This document shows positions 28,985 to 39,202 of a stretch of DNA of 64,000 nt, piece by piece. Origin of the DNA: Candidatus Acidiferrales bacterium. GTDB lineage: Bacteria > Acidobacteriota > Terriglobia > Acidiferrales > UBA7541. A program made the translations under genes and the position numbers. Every line of letters begins with the position of its first letter. Position 1 is the stretch's first letter. Under the pieces are notes generated by a model. That model saw only the letters and a list, made by a program, of their open reading frames with translations, was not told where the DNA came from and searched no databases. The DNA is taken from NCBI GenBank assembly GCA_963775865.1, contig CAVZKU010000001.1:229510-293509 (forward strand). The letters run 5' to 3'.

Positions 28985-30245
28985 GAACGGTCGCGTTCTG
29001 GACCCCGCATCGAACAGCGACGCCCCGCGAGACCTATTGCTTGAGGGAGAACACATCGCCGAGATCGCCACCCCCGGCAAAATTTCTCATGCCGATGGCG
29101 CGCAGACCTTTGACGCCACCGGCCTCATCGTCTCCCCCGGTTTCATTGATATGCACGCCCACCTACGCGAACCCGGCCAGGAGAATTCCGAAACCATTGA
29201 AACCGGCACGCACGCTGCCGCGCGGGGCGGTTTTACAGCGATTTGCTGCATGCCCAACACCCGGCCGGTGAACGACAACGCCTCCATAACGCGGTTCATC
29301 GTTGATCGCGCCAAAGCCTTTGGTCATGTTCGCGTCTGGCCGATCGGCGCCGCCAGTATTGGCAGCAAGGGTGAAGCCATTTCTGAAATTGCCGCGATGC
29401 GCGACGCCGGCATCGTGGCGGTCTCCGACGATGGCAAACCGATCGCCACCGCGAAACTCGCCCGCCAGATTATGGATTATTGCCGCTCTCTGGACCTCCC
29501 GGTCATCGAGCATGCCGAAGATGTGTCCTTGGCCGCCGGCGCAGTGATGCGCGAGGGGATTGCCTCCACGCGCCTGGGGCTTCCGGGAATGCCCGCTGCC
29601 GCCGAATCGGTTTGCGTCGCCCGCGACGTCCAGGTCGCCGAACTTACCGGCGCGCGCTTGCACATCGCACACCTTTCCGCGAAGTCTTCTCTCGCGCAAG
29701 TTCGCTTCGCGAAGCAGAACGGACTTCGCGTCACCTGTGAAGTCACGCCTCACCACTTCACGCTGATCGATGAAGATGTAACCTATGACTCGCGCTACAA
29801 AATGAATCCTCCGCTCGCCGCGCGCGAAGATCGCGAAGCCTTATTGGAAGGCCTTGCGGACGGCACTGTCGATGCTATCGCTACGGACCACGCGCCGCAT
29901 GAGCCCGCGATCAAGGATGTGGAATTCGACAAGGCTCCCTTCGGGATTCTGGGTTTTGAGACGGCGATTGGTCTTGCCCTGGAACAGCTTGTCCATTCCG
30001 GCCGCATCTCTCTCATGCGCATGATTGAGTTATTCACGATGGGTCCCGCCCGCGTCCTCGGTAAAGAACGCAAACTCGCCAACGGCGAACCCGCCGACCT
30101 CACCATTTTTTCGCTGGATCGTCCGTGGACTTACCAAGTCAATGAGTCCGCGAGTAAATCGCGAAACTCACCCTTCGATGGGCATTCTTTTAAGGGCGGA
30201 CCCGCTGCCACCATCGTTGCCGGCAAAATCGTCTACAAACACTAG
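28971..30245 (+). CDS. pyrC: Dihydroorotase
   Basis: PGFIDMHAHLREPG, MPNT, EVTPHH, KMNPPL and ATDHAPH. Overlaps the end of pyrB. Confidence 0.95.
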   Translation: MLLIKNGRVLDPASNSDAPRDLLLEGEHIAEIATPGKISHADGAQTFDATGLIVSPGFIDMHAHLREPGQENSETIETGTHAAARGGFTAICCMPNTRPVNDNASITRFIVDRAKAFGHVRVWPIGAASIGSKGEAISEIAAMRDAGIVAVSDDGKPIATAKLARQIMDYCRSLDLPVIEHAEDVSLAAGAVMREGIASTRLGLPGMPAAAESVCVARDVQVAELTGARLHIAHLSAKSSLAQVRFAKQNGLRVTCEVTPHHFTLIDEDVTYDSRYKMNPPLAAREDREALLEGLADGTVDAIATDHAPHEPAIKDVEFDKAPFGILGFETAIGLALEQLVHSGRISLMRMIELFTMGPARVLGKERKLANGEPADLTIFSLDRPWTYQVNESASKSRNSPFDGHSFKGGPAATIVAGKIVYKH

Positions 30246-30401
30246 GCCCTTCGTGCCGTTCGTTCCTCTGCTGTTTACTACGTCGCGCGGTAAATCGTGT
30301 TCCGGTGTTTCTCCCTGCGACGCCTATTTCATTTCAGCAAATAACCATCTCGCCGCATCCTCGCGTCCTGCCCCTCGACTCCCGTTAAACTGAAACAAAG
30401 G

Positions 30402-32354
30402 ATGGCCATGCGCGCCGTTTCTCTAACCAGGTTTCTCCTCTTTCTTGGGGGGGTGCTGATTTGCTCTTGGCCCTGCCATGCGCAGACGGAGAAGATTCTC
30501 GATTTCCATAGCGACATTACCCTAGAGGAAGATTCTTCTCTCCAGGTCACGGAGACCATCACGGTCATCGCCGCGGGCAATCAGATCCGCCACGGCATCT
30601 ATCGTGAGTTTCCGACTCGCTATCGCGACACGTTCAACAATCGCTACGTTGTCGGTTTCCAGATGCTCTCTGCTACCCGCGATTCGGCCAACGAGTCGTT
30701 CCGCGTCGAAGACGACGCGAACGGAAAGCGTATCTACCTTGGTGATGCCGGCGCAATGGTGCCGCGCGGCCGTCATGTCTACACCATTTCCTACACCACC
30801 AATCGCCAGCTCGGTTTTTTCAAGGATCGTGAGGAACTTTTCTGGAATGTCACTGGCAACGGCTGGGCATTCCCCATTGACCATGCCTCGGCCACCGTGC
30901 ATCTTCCTGCCACCATTCCCTCCGACCAGGTCAAACTCTTCGGCTACACAGGTCCTCAGGGTTCCTTCGCTTCGCAACTCAACATCACAACGGAGGATTC
31001 CGCTTTTCAATTCAGCGCAACCCGAAGGCTCGGGCCCCATGAAGGACTCTCTATCCTCCTGAAATGGCCGAAAGGGTTTTTCGTCGAGCCTACCTTTTCG
31101 CAAAAACTGCAGTTTTTCTTTCAGGACAATCGAGATGCATTGCTCCTGGCGAGCGGCTTTTTTGTGCTCCTCCTCTACTACCTGATTGCCTGGTCCGCCG
31201 TCGGCCGCGACCCTGCTCGCGGCGTGATCATGGCTCTCTACCAGCCCCCGCAAAATCTTTCGCCTGCGGCGATGCGCTATCTCCTCCGCATGGGGTTCGA
31301 CAACAAGACCTTTTCTGCCGCCATTCTGGACATGGCTGTGCGCGGATTCCTGCTCATCAAAGAGCAAGCGGGTTCTTACACCCTGTATACCACCGGCAAA
31401 CCAAACACGGTTCTCTCTCCGGATGAACAGCAGATTGCCACGACCCTCTTTGCGGGCCGGAATCAAGTCTGGCTTCATCAGGAGAATCATCAGGTGATTG
31501 GCGCCGCCATGAAAGCCCTTTGCAAATGGCTGGCGGCCACGGAGCAGAAGACCTATTTCGTGACGAACTCCCGCTACCTGATGGCACCGGTGATTCTTTC
31601 CGTGGTGATCGCTGCGGCGTGTCTTCTGGTTCAGGGCAAGCCCCAGATCTTCGCCGGCGCTTTTCTGGGGTTCTGGCTCAGTATTTGGACGATCGCCGTC
31701 TACGGTTTGCTGATGAGCGCTGTTTCCGCTTGGAAGGCGGTTCTCGAGTCCCGTTCCTCAGCACGCCCCGGCGCGGTGGGCGCAGGCAAGGCCATTTCCG
31801 TAACCTTCTTTGCCATTCCTTTCCTCTTCTTCGAAGGTATGGCGTTTGTGTTTCTCTGGAAGATGACGTCTCTCCCCTTTGTGCTGTTTATCCTCGGGGC
31901 CGGATGCCTGCATGTTTTGTTCCTTCACCTTATGAAGGCCCCGACCTTTGCCGGGCGCCGCTTGATGGACCAGGTGGAAGGGTTCAAGCGATTCCTCGGA
32001 GCCGTCGATGGCGATCGTCTCAATCGCGCCGCGCCTCCTGAGCAGACGCCCGCCGCTTTCGAAAAATTTCTCCCCTACGCCTTGGCGCTGGACGTGGAAC
32101 AGGATTGGGCGGAGAAATTCTCGGGAACCCTCGCCGGAGTTGGCAGCGCTCCAGGCACCACCTCGGCCGCTTACGCGCCTTCGTTTTATTCCGGCGCTTC
32201 CGGGAACGGCTTCGCCGGGACGAGCTTCGCCTCCTCGTTTGGCAGTTCGCTCACCTCCGCGATTTCTTCGTCGGCAACGGCGCCAGGGTCCGGGGGAGGG
32301 GGAAGCGGAGGTTCCGGTGGGGGCGGGGGTGGCGGCGGCGGAGGAGGTTGGTAG
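30402..32354 (+). CDS. DUF2207 family membrane protein
   Basis: Signal peptide, HGIYREFP, ELFWNVTG, several TM helices, FEKFLPYALAL and C-terminal GGGGGGGW. Confidence 0.88.
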   Translation: MAMRAVSLTRFLLFLGGVLICSWPCHAQTEKILDFHSDITLEEDSSLQVTETITVIAAGNQIRHGIYREFPTRYRDTFNNRYVVGFQMLSATRDSANESFRVEDDANGKRIYLGDAGAMVPRGRHVYTISYTTNRQLGFFKDREELFWNVTGNGWAFPIDHASATVHLPATIPSDQVKLFGYTGPQGSFASQLNITTEDSAFQFSATRRLGPHEGLSILLKWPKGFFVEPTFSQKLQFFFQDNRDALLLASGFFVLLLYYLIAWSAVGRDPARGVIMALYQPPQNLSPAAMRYLLRMGFDNKTFSAAILDMAVRGFLLIKEQAGSYTLYTTGKPNTVLSPDEQQIATTLFAGRNQVWLHQENHQVIGAAMKALCKWLAATEQKTYFVTNSRYLMAPVILSVVIAAACLLVQGKPQIFAGAFLGFWLSIWTIAVYGLLMSAVSAWKAVLESRSSARPGAVGAGKAISVTFFAIPFLFFEGMAFVFLWKMTSLPFVLFILGAGCLHVLFLHLMKAPTFAGRRLMDQVEGFKRFLGAVDGDRLNRAAPPEQTPAAFEKFLPYALALDVEQDWAEKFSGTLAGVGSAPGTTSAAYAPSFYSGASGNGFAGTSFASSFGSSLTSAISSSATAPGSGGGGSGGSGGGGGGGGGGGW

Positions 32355-32371
32355 GCTGACTGGTTGCCCCG

Positions 32372-32545
32372 CTATCTTGTCGCGATTCTTTGCACGCGAA
32401 AGGGGTCGCCACGCGGCCAGGTCACTTTATTCCTGGTGTTGCAGTATGGGCAAACGGCGAATTGTTCGACTTCCTTGCCTAGCCCGGTGGATCCAACAAC
32501 GCGCATTCCCCGCTGGCACTTCTTGCAACGAAAGACTTTCTGCAA
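32372..32545 (-). CDS. Small zinc-ribbon protein (57 aa), not in the ORF track
   Basis: RBS AAGGAGGGG then TTG. Translation MQKVFRCKKCQRGMRVVGSTGLGKEVEQFAVCPYCNTRNKVTWPRGDPFRVQRIATR, with CxxC and CPxC. Confidence 0.75.
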   Translation of the reverse strand: MQKVFRCKKCQRGMRVVGSTGLGKEVEQFAVCPYCNTRNKVTWPRGDPFRVQRIATR

Positions 32546-32689
32546 TGCCCCTCCTTGACTGACCAGCTCGGAGGTCCCCTCCAGACCCTACGCTTTGTAA
32601 CCTGGAAGTCGTTCTTTCGCCTCTCGGGTTCTTCCCGTAGAGATCGAAAATAACCACAGCACTCATCTCCGTCCGAAGCGGCCCGTTGG

Positions 32690-34387
32690 TTAAGACGGCA
32701 ATTTGCCGCGAAGGGCCGCGAGCGCTTCATGCAGCGTATCAAAAATTCTTTCTGGGCCAATCGCCTCTGTCAGGTGGTGGCGGTCGAGGTCCGGCTTAAG
32801 GTCTGACTGAACGTGCGCAAGAACGAAGCCAGTCCCCTGCGCGGTCAGGTCTTGCACAACTTCCCGAAGCACTCGAGCCGCCGTAAAGTCCACATTGGTA
32901 ATCGCTCCGGCATCAATCACCATCCAATGCAACGGGGACTGCGCTGTTCTGACGAGCATGCGCACTTCCTCTGAAAAATGGTTGGCATTTGCATAGAAAA
33001 GCGGCGCGCCGAAACGATAAATCACCAGCCCCGGCTCTGTGAGCGCCCGGGGCACCACGGGGTTCAAGCACCAGATGCCCTCTCGTTGTTCGAGGACCGC
33101 CGTATGGGGGTGGTAGCTGTGGCCCACAATCCGGAACAGCGACAGCGCCATCGCCAGCACAATTCCTTGCTCCACTCCCACGAACACCACCATCAGCGCC
33201 GTGGTCACCGCCAAGGTGAATTCCCCAGGGCTCTCGCGGCGAATGGCTGCCAGTGCGCGCAGATTGATCAGCCGGACGGCGATGGTAAACACCACTGCGC
33301 CGAGGACGCACTGGGGAAGGAATTGCAGCGGACGCGTGAGAAAGAGCAAAACGAACGCCACGACACCGGCCGTCGCCAAGTGCGTCATCTGGCTCGTGCC
33401 ACCCGCACTTTCCACCATCCCCGTCTGCGTCGGGCTTCCATTCACTACAAACGTCCCGCTAAACGCTGCGGCGGTATTGGCGGCCGCCAGACCGACGAGA
33501 TCCGCGTTTTCGTCGTCCTCCTGGTGATGACGTGTCGCATACGCCCGGGAGGTCGCTGCACTCTGGGCAACGACCATGACAACGCAGGAAAGCGCCGCGG
33601 GAATGAGTACTTCCACGTCCTTCCAGTTGAGGTCGTGCAAACCTAACTGCGGCAAGCCACCGGGAACCGTTCCAAGAAGTTTTACGCCGCGCTCACCCAA
33701 ATGGAAGAAGGCGCTCGCCGCCATAGCGCCGGCGACAGCAAATAACGGGCCCGGCAATTTTGGGGCAAAACGGCTGAACAGGAAGATGCAGGCTACAACC
33801 GCAAACGAGAGTGCAACGGTGAGCGCGGAAACGTGGGGCAGCAACCTCACCACTTCCAGAAATTGCCCGGTTGTGCGGTGGCTGTGCACGTCGATCCCCA
33901 GCATCTCCCCCAGGACGGCAATGCCAACCTGAAAGCCGACGCCTGTGAGGAATCCGATGAGAACGGTGTGCGACAGGAAATCCGCGAGGAAGCCGAGTTT
34001 CAGTAAGCGCGCCAAAAGCAGGAAAAACCCAGTCAGGAGAGCCACCAGGCCGGCCAGCGCAACATACTTTGCGCTGGCCAGCGGCGCCAAGCCCCGAAGG
34101 CTGCCCGCTAAAATGGCCGCTGTAGCGGAATCGGCAGCGACGACCAGGTATCGCGAAGAACCAAAGATGGCGAAGGCGATCAGTGGCAGCAACAGCGTAT
34201 ACAGGCCCGTGATCACCGGAGTGCCGGCGATTTTCGTATAGCCTAGAGACTGCGGAATATTCATCGCTGCCAGGGTCACTCCAGCCAGCAGGTTCCTTGG
34301 CACCTCTGACCATTTCCAGGGCCGCAGACCTTGGAACAGGGCGATGCGACTCTCCGGACGCGCTCGAGCGGCAGAGCTTTCACTCAT
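32690..34387 (-). CDS. SulP/SLC26 anion transporter with STAS domain
   Basis: LAGVTLAAMNIPQSLGY, GFLTGVG, many TM helices, STAS motifs PLFYAN and VDFTA. Confidence 0.92.
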   Translation of the reverse strand: MSESSAARARPESRIALFQGLRPWKWSEVPRNLLAGVTLAAMNIPQSLGYTKIAGTPVITGLYTLLLPLIAFAIFGSSRYLVVAADSATAAILAGSLRGLAPLASAKYVALAGLVALLTGFFLLLARLLKLGFLADFLSHTVLIGFLTGVGFQVGIAVLGEMLGIDVHSHRTTGQFLEVVRLLPHVSALTVALSFAVVACIFLFSRFAPKLPGPLFAVAGAMAASAFFHLGERGVKLLGTVPGGLPQLGLHDLNWKDVEVLIPAALSCVVMVVAQSAATSRAYATRHHQEDDENADLVGLAAANTAAAFSGTFVVNGSPTQTGMVESAGGTSQMTHLATAGVVAFVLLFLTRPLQFLPQCVLGAVVFTIAVRLINLRALAAIRRESPGEFTLAVTTALMVVFVGVEQGIVLAMALSLFRIVGHSYHPHTAVLEQREGIWCLNPVVPRALTEPGLVIYRFGAPLFYANANHFSEEVRMLVRTAQSPLHWMVIDAGAITNVDFTAARVLREVVQDLTAQGTGFVLAHVQSDLKPDLDRHHLTEAIGPERIFDTLHEALAALRGKLPS

Positions 34388-34535
34388 GAACAGAATTCCC
34401 CATCAGAAACGCACAGCCACAGACCATCCCCCTGCGTTGCGAGGAAGCAAACTTGCATGGAAATACGGAACCGCGTCTGACGAGAGAGTAGCAATAGCGG
34501 GAAGCCGACTCAATACTCGAACGGGAATTCTCTGT

Positions 34536-35423
34536 CTAGTGCGCCGTCGGTTCCGCAGCAGGATGCAATCCGTGTTGCGGAACCTCGTGTGTTCCCCTGG
34601 CCAGAGGTTCGATCTTCATCCGGTAAAAATGATCCAAGGGCAGACGTCCCTTCCCCACGGGATACGCTTTCTCGATCGCCTTCATCACATAGGCCTTTGC
34701 CAGCGTGGCCGCTTCCACAAGTCCTCTTCCGGCCGCCAATTGTGCGGTAAGCGCCGAGGCAAACGTACATCCCGTGCCGTGCGTATTCTCAAGCTTGACT
34801 TTGTCTCCGCCCAATTGGTGCATTTCCTTTCCATCAAACACCACGTCCGTGGCCCTCTCCATGTGGCCGCCCTTCACAATCACGGCCTTCGCCCCCATTT
34901 CCACCAGTTTTCTGGCTGCCGCCTCCATGTCCGAAACGTCTTTAATCGAAATCCCCGTTAAAATCTCCGCCTCCGGTACATTCGGCGTTATCACGCTCGC
35001 CCGTTTGAGCAGCTCCGTGGCTACATATTTGACCCCGCCGGCATCCAGCAATTCCGAATCGCTCGACGAACGCATCACTGGATCATGTACTACCAGAGCG
35101 AATTTGTGCGCATCCAGGAACTCACCCACAACCACAGCATTTCCTCGGTTGCCTAGCATTCCGATTTTCACTGCCGCGATTTCGCCGTCTTTCGCCAGAA
35201 CTTCCAGTTGTTCCCGCAGTTCCGCGCTGGGAGTGTTATGCACGGCCTCCACTCCCTGCGTGTTTTGCACCGTAAGCGATGTGATTGCGGCGACTCCGTA
35301 GCACCCGTGGGCCGCAAAAGTCTTTAAATCGGCTGCAACACCCGCCCCGCAACTCGGATCGAAGCCCGCGATCGTGAGCAGAATAGGAGGCACCGTAATT
35401 CCTACGTGAAGATGGCTCATCAT
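34536..35423 (-). CDS. thiD: Hydroxymethylpyrimidine/phosphomethylpyrimidine kinase
   Basis: TIAGFDPSCGAGVAADLKT, TVQNTQGV, VKIGML, DPVM, TPNVPEA and HGTGCT. Start may be the GTG at 35393. Confidence 0.92.
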   Translation of the reverse strand: MMSHLHVGITVPPILLTIAGFDPSCGAGVAADLKTFAAHGCYGVAAITSLTVQNTQGVEAVHNTPSAELREQLEVLAKDGEIAAVKIGMLGNRGNAVVVGEFLDAHKFALVVHDPVMRSSSDSELLDAGGVKYVATELLKRASVITPNVPEAEILTGISIKDVSDMEAAARKLVEMGAKAVIVKGGHMERATDVVFDGKEMHQLGGDKVKLENTHGTGCTFASALTAQLAAGRGLVEAATLAKAYVMKAIEKAYPVGKGRLPLDHFYRMKIEPLARGTHEVPQHGLHPAAEPTAH

Positions 35424-35652
35424 GATCGGTCTTTCGCCCCGTTCCTTGAAGAAAATAGCCGGACACGCTCGCCGGTGCGAATTTTTCCTATTCGCACCGG
35501 AAAACGCCCGGCACTTGCGAATGTACGCGCACTAAATTTTCTCTGCAAGGAAATTTTCGGACGCAAAGGCGGAAGTTTGGCCCGAGTGGGCAAAAGCACT
35601 GAGCAGCTGGATCGTCGAATCCAGCGTTCACCCGAGAAGGGCGAACGCTATT

Positions 35653-36975
35653 TCACGGGAACAGGCCGCGAACCAGTGTCGCTTCCGCGACGCGGCCTAC
35701 CGCTACCGTCATCGCCGCGGCGCGAGGTGGCACATGGTGCTTGCGCATGGCCTCAATCATGTCGTGGAACGACCGCACCATGATTTTCTGTAGGCGCACA
35801 TTCACTTCGTCGGAATCCCACAGCAGCCCTTCCTGGTTCTGCACCCATTCGAAGTAGCTCACCGTCACTCCGCCTGCGTTCGTCAGAATGTCCGGCAGTA
35901 TGGTAATTCCGCGACGAGCTAGAATCTCGTCCGCGTGCGGGGTCGTCGGCCCGTTCGCCGCTTCCGCCACCACGCGCGCCTTCACCGATTCCGCGTTTTG
36001 CAATGTAATCACGTTTTCCAGTGCCGCGGGAATCAGGATGTCGCATTTCATCGCCAGCAAATCATCATTCGAGATTCGCGAAGCGCCGGGCATGCCCACC
36101 ACCGTGCCCGAACGTTCCTTGTAGCGAATCGCCTTGATCGGATCGATGCCTCGCGAGTTCGTCACTCCGCCTCGCGTATCGCTCAACGCAATAATCTTCG
36201 CTTTCTTATCAAACAGAAGCCGTGCCGCAGTCGCCCCGGCATTTCCGAAACCTTGAACCGCCACGGTTGCGCCGCGCAGCGAAATTTTCTTCATTTTGCA
36301 GGCTTCTTCCACCACGTAGACTAGCCCTTGCGCTGTGGCTTCCGCCCGCCCCAAGGATCCACCGATGGAGATGGGTTTCCCCGTCACTACCCCCGGTACG
36401 GTATGGCCCCTCATCATGGAATACGTATCCATGATCCACGCCATCGTTTGGGCGTCGGTGTAAACGTCCGGCGCGGGAATATCCTGGTCGGGACCAATCA
36501 GTGGCAGAATCTCGCTTGCAAACCGGCGGGTCAGGCGCTCCAACTCCCCCTTCGACATCCGCTTCGGGTCGCAGATGACGCCCCCTTTTGCTCCCCCGAA
36601 CGGTACATTCACCACCGCTGTCTTCCACGTCATCCACGCCGCCAGTGCTTTCACTTCATCCAGCGTGACGTTCGGATGGAACCGGATACCGCCCTTGCCT
36701 GGACCGCGGGCGATGTTGTGCTGCACGCGAAACCCCGTCAGCACCTTCACCTGTCCGTTGTCCATCTTGGTCGGCAGTGACACTTCGAGAATGCGTTTCG
36801 GCGTGCGCAGCACCTGGCGCAATCCGGGATCCAGCTTCAACACTTCCGCCGCAATATCGAATTGGATCTGCGCGATCCGGAACGGATTGAGTTCCTCGCG
36901 CGGAGCGATGCGCGGAACAATGGGAGGCGCGCTCATGGTGCGGTTGGGGACTGGGGGTTTTGCGACCGTGGCCAT
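35653..36975 (-). CDS. gdhA: Glu/Leu/Phe/Val dehydrogenase (glutamate dehydrogenase)
   Basis: GPGKGGIRFHP, PFGGAKGG, DIPAPDV, QGFGNAG, EAANGP and NAGGVTVSYFEW. Confidence 0.9.
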   Translation of the reverse strand: MATVAKPPVPNRTMSAPPIVPRIAPREELNPFRIAQIQFDIAAEVLKLDPGLRQVLRTPKRILEVSLPTKMDNGQVKVLTGFRVQHNIARGPGKGGIRFHPNVTLDEVKALAAWMTWKTAVVNVPFGGAKGGVICDPKRMSKGELERLTRRFASEILPLIGPDQDIPAPDVYTDAQTMAWIMDTYSMMRGHTVPGVVTGKPISIGGSLGRAEATAQGLVYVVEEACKMKKISLRGATVAVQGFGNAGATAARLLFDKKAKIIALSDTRGGVTNSRGIDPIKAIRYKERSGTVVGMPGASRISNDDLLAMKCDILIPAALENVITLQNAESVKARVVAEAANGPTTPHADEILARRGITILPDILTNAGGVTVSYFEWVQNQEGLLWDSDEVNVRLQKIMVRSFHDMIEAMRKHHVPPRAAAMTVAVGRVAEATLVRGLFP

Positions 36976-37068
36976 TCGCTTCGGTCCTTTCCTTTGCGCT
37001 AACTGTGTATCATCGTGCGTTGCACCGAGCCTGCGTTCACTGCTACCCTTTGTGACCGGCCAGCCACA

Positions 37069-37362
37069 CTACGCGCTAGCCGAAATTCTCCGTGTTTCGC
37101 CGAGATACTTGTCCCGGCACTCCGCGGAACAGAAATGCACCACCTGTCCACCCTGCTGCAGTGAGAGCGAAAGCCCTTCCGCCACGTGCATGCCGCAAAT
37201 TGGATCGCGTGCCAGCTTCTGGTTCACGGCAGGATTTGGCACATCCACAGACGGCTTCGCCGGCATATCTCCGCTGACCATTTTCCATACAACTTTGCGC
37301 AGAATGGCCGCGCTCCAGGAAACCACCACCAACCAGAATAAATATCTAAGTAGCCGTCCCAT
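37069..37362 (-). CDS. Membrane-anchored YHS/TRASH domain protein
   Basis: N-terminal TM helix, then RDPICGMHV...HFCSAECRDKY. Confidence 0.82.
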   Translation of the reverse strand: MGRLLRYLFWLVVVSWSAAILRKVVWKMVSGDMPAKPSVDVPNPAVNQKLARDPICGMHVAEGLSLSLQQGGQVVHFCSAECRDKYLGETRRISASA

Positions 37363-37596
37363 ACTGTCTTCCTTGCTTCCCCGTCCGCGGCCAGCATGCG
37401 TTCTGCGCTGCGCAGCAGTTCGGCAGCGTTGAGCCGAGTGTATGCACGGCTTCTCAGGGAGTCAAACGAAAAGCAGTACTTTCAAGGGGTTGCGCGGCGT
37501 ATTGGTTCCTGCAGGCCGGTTTGCCACACCCTGATAGACCCAATAAGTGACACATTATAAATGGTTTAGACAGCAGGGCGCGGGCCGTCTCCCCAA

Positions 37597-38874
37597 TCAA
37601 TGGTTTGCGGGAATTCGCTCAATTCCCATGTACGGACGCAGCACTTCGGGGATCAGGATGGATCCATCGGCTTGCTGGTAATTCTCCACAATGGCAATCC
37701 ACGTGCGCCCAACCGCCAGGCCGGAACCATTCAAGGTGTGGACAAACTCGCTCTTTCCCCCACCCTTCGCTTTGAATCGGATTCCGGCTCGTCGTGCTTG
37801 GAAGGCTTCGCAATTCGAACAAGAGGAGATTTCGCGGAATTCCTTGCTCGACGGCAACCACACTTCCAGATCGTAGGTCTTTGCCGAAGCAAACCCTATG
37901 TCTCCGGTGCAAAGCAGCACCGTGCGGTAGTGCAAACCCAATTTCTGCAAGATGGTTTCCGCGTTGCGCACCAGGGCTTCGTGCTCCTCATAGCTTTTGT
38001 CTGGATGCGTGAACTTGAACAGCTCCACTTTTTGAAACTGGTGTTGACGCAGGATTCCGCGTGTGTCTTTCCCGGCTGCACCCGCTTCCGAACGGAAGCA
38101 CGCCGTCCATGCGGTCACGTGAATCGGGAGCTGCTCTTCGGTCAGGGTGGCATCCCGATAGAGATTGTGCAGCTCCACTTCCGACGTAGGGGTTAGCCAG
38201 AAATCCGTATCTTGCAACTTAAATAGGTCCGCTGCGAACTTTGGCAATTGCCCCGCCCCCATCAACGAGGCGGTATTGACCAGGAAGGGCGGCAAAATCT
38301 CCGTATATCCGTGCTCCCGGGTATGCACGTCCAGGAAAAAATTCGCTAGGGCGCGTTCCAGCCGCGCTCCCCAGCTTTTGTATACCGCAAAACGGGCTCC
38401 GGTAATCCGCGCCGCTGCTTCCAAATCCAGGATTCCCGCCTTTTCGCCGAGTTCCCAGTGCGGCTTGGGCGGAAAATCAAATTGGGGCGCAGTTCCCCAT
38501 CTCCGCACTTCCTGGTTTCCCTCTGCGCCTTTGCCGTAGGGCACACTTTTGTGTGGAATGTTGGGTATCGTCAGCAAGAGTTCGCGCTGCTTCGCATCCA
38601 GTTCGCTGATGCGCTCATCGACCTGTTTGATCTTCTCCGCGACCTGCTTCATTTCCCCGAGCAGTGCGTCCGCACTCTCCTTGGCCTTTTTCAATCGCAC
38701 GATCTCATCGCTGGCTTTATTTCGTTGCGCTTTCCGGTCTTCGTTTTCCCGAATCAATTCACGTCGTTCTTTGTCGAGCGCGCGGAAGCCGTCCAGATCC
38801 AGAGTCGTATTTCGCTTCTTCGCCATGTCAGCGAATTCATCCAAGTGATCTCGAAAGTAATTCAAATCATGCAT
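37597..38874 (-). CDS. serS: Seryl-tRNA synthetase
   Basis: N-terminal coiled coil, [29 protein letters not shown] and [12 protein letters not shown]. Confidence 0.97.
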   Translation of the reverse strand: MHDLNYFRDHLDEFADMAKKRNTTLDLDGFRALDKERRELIRENEDRKAQRNKASDEIVRLKKAKESADALLGEMKQVAEKIKQVDERISELDAKQRELLLTIPNIPHKSVPYGKGAEGNQEVRRWGTAPQFDFPPKPHWELGEKAGILDLEAAARITGARFAVYKSWGARLERALANFFLDVHTREHGYTEILPPFLVNTASLMGAGQLPKFAADLFKLQDTDFWLTPTSEVELHNLYRDATLTEEQLPIHVTAWTACFRSEAGAAGKDTRGILRQHQFQKVELFKFTHPDKSYEEHEALVRNAETILQKLGLHYRTVLLCTGDIGFASAKTYDLEVWLPSSKEFREISSCSNCEAFQARRAGIRFKAKGGGKSEFVHTLNGSGLAVGRTWIAIVENYQQADGSILIPEVLRPYMGIERIPANH

Positions 38875-39084
38875 GGTTTTAACAGAATAGCTCACGGCAG
38901 TCGCCGATGGCCAGTGATCCCCTCACTCGGAGTTTGGCTTCTTCCGTTCGTTTTGGTACAGGTACGGAAGTGCCAGTGTGGAGTACTCCCTCAATTGAAC
39001 CTTTGCGCCTAGTGACGCAACCCACCTCCTCGCGCACAATCGCTTACGTGATCGGGAGTTCGGTTCGGCTTCCGGAGTGGTGGA

Positions 39085-39168
39085 ATGATCATAACGATCT
39101 TGCTCCTGTGTGTTGTTCTACTGCTGGCGAGCGCGGTGGAACGACCGGCCACCCCTGAGAAGGATTGA
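39085..39168 (+). CDS. Putative 27-aa hydrophobic small membrane peptide
   Basis: GGAG 7 nt before the ATG. Translation MIITILLLCVVLLLASAVERPATPEKD, followed by a strong terminator. Confidence 0.5.
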   Translation: MIITILLLCVVLLLASAVERPATPEKD

Positions 39169-39202
39169 TCTTCCGAATGTAGTCCCTCCATCCCCCACGC
39201 CA

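Noticed and set aside
35424-35652. TPP riboswitch upstream of thiD (hairpin CCGGTGCGAA/TTCGCACCGG)
   Set aside because: The conserved CTGAGA and CCTGA..TAAT..CGTAGG elements are absent; only a plain inverted repeat is present.
37508-37528. Second sigma54 promoter (TGGCAAACCGGCCTGCA)
   Set aside because: GG-to-GC spacing is 11 nt rather than the required 10.
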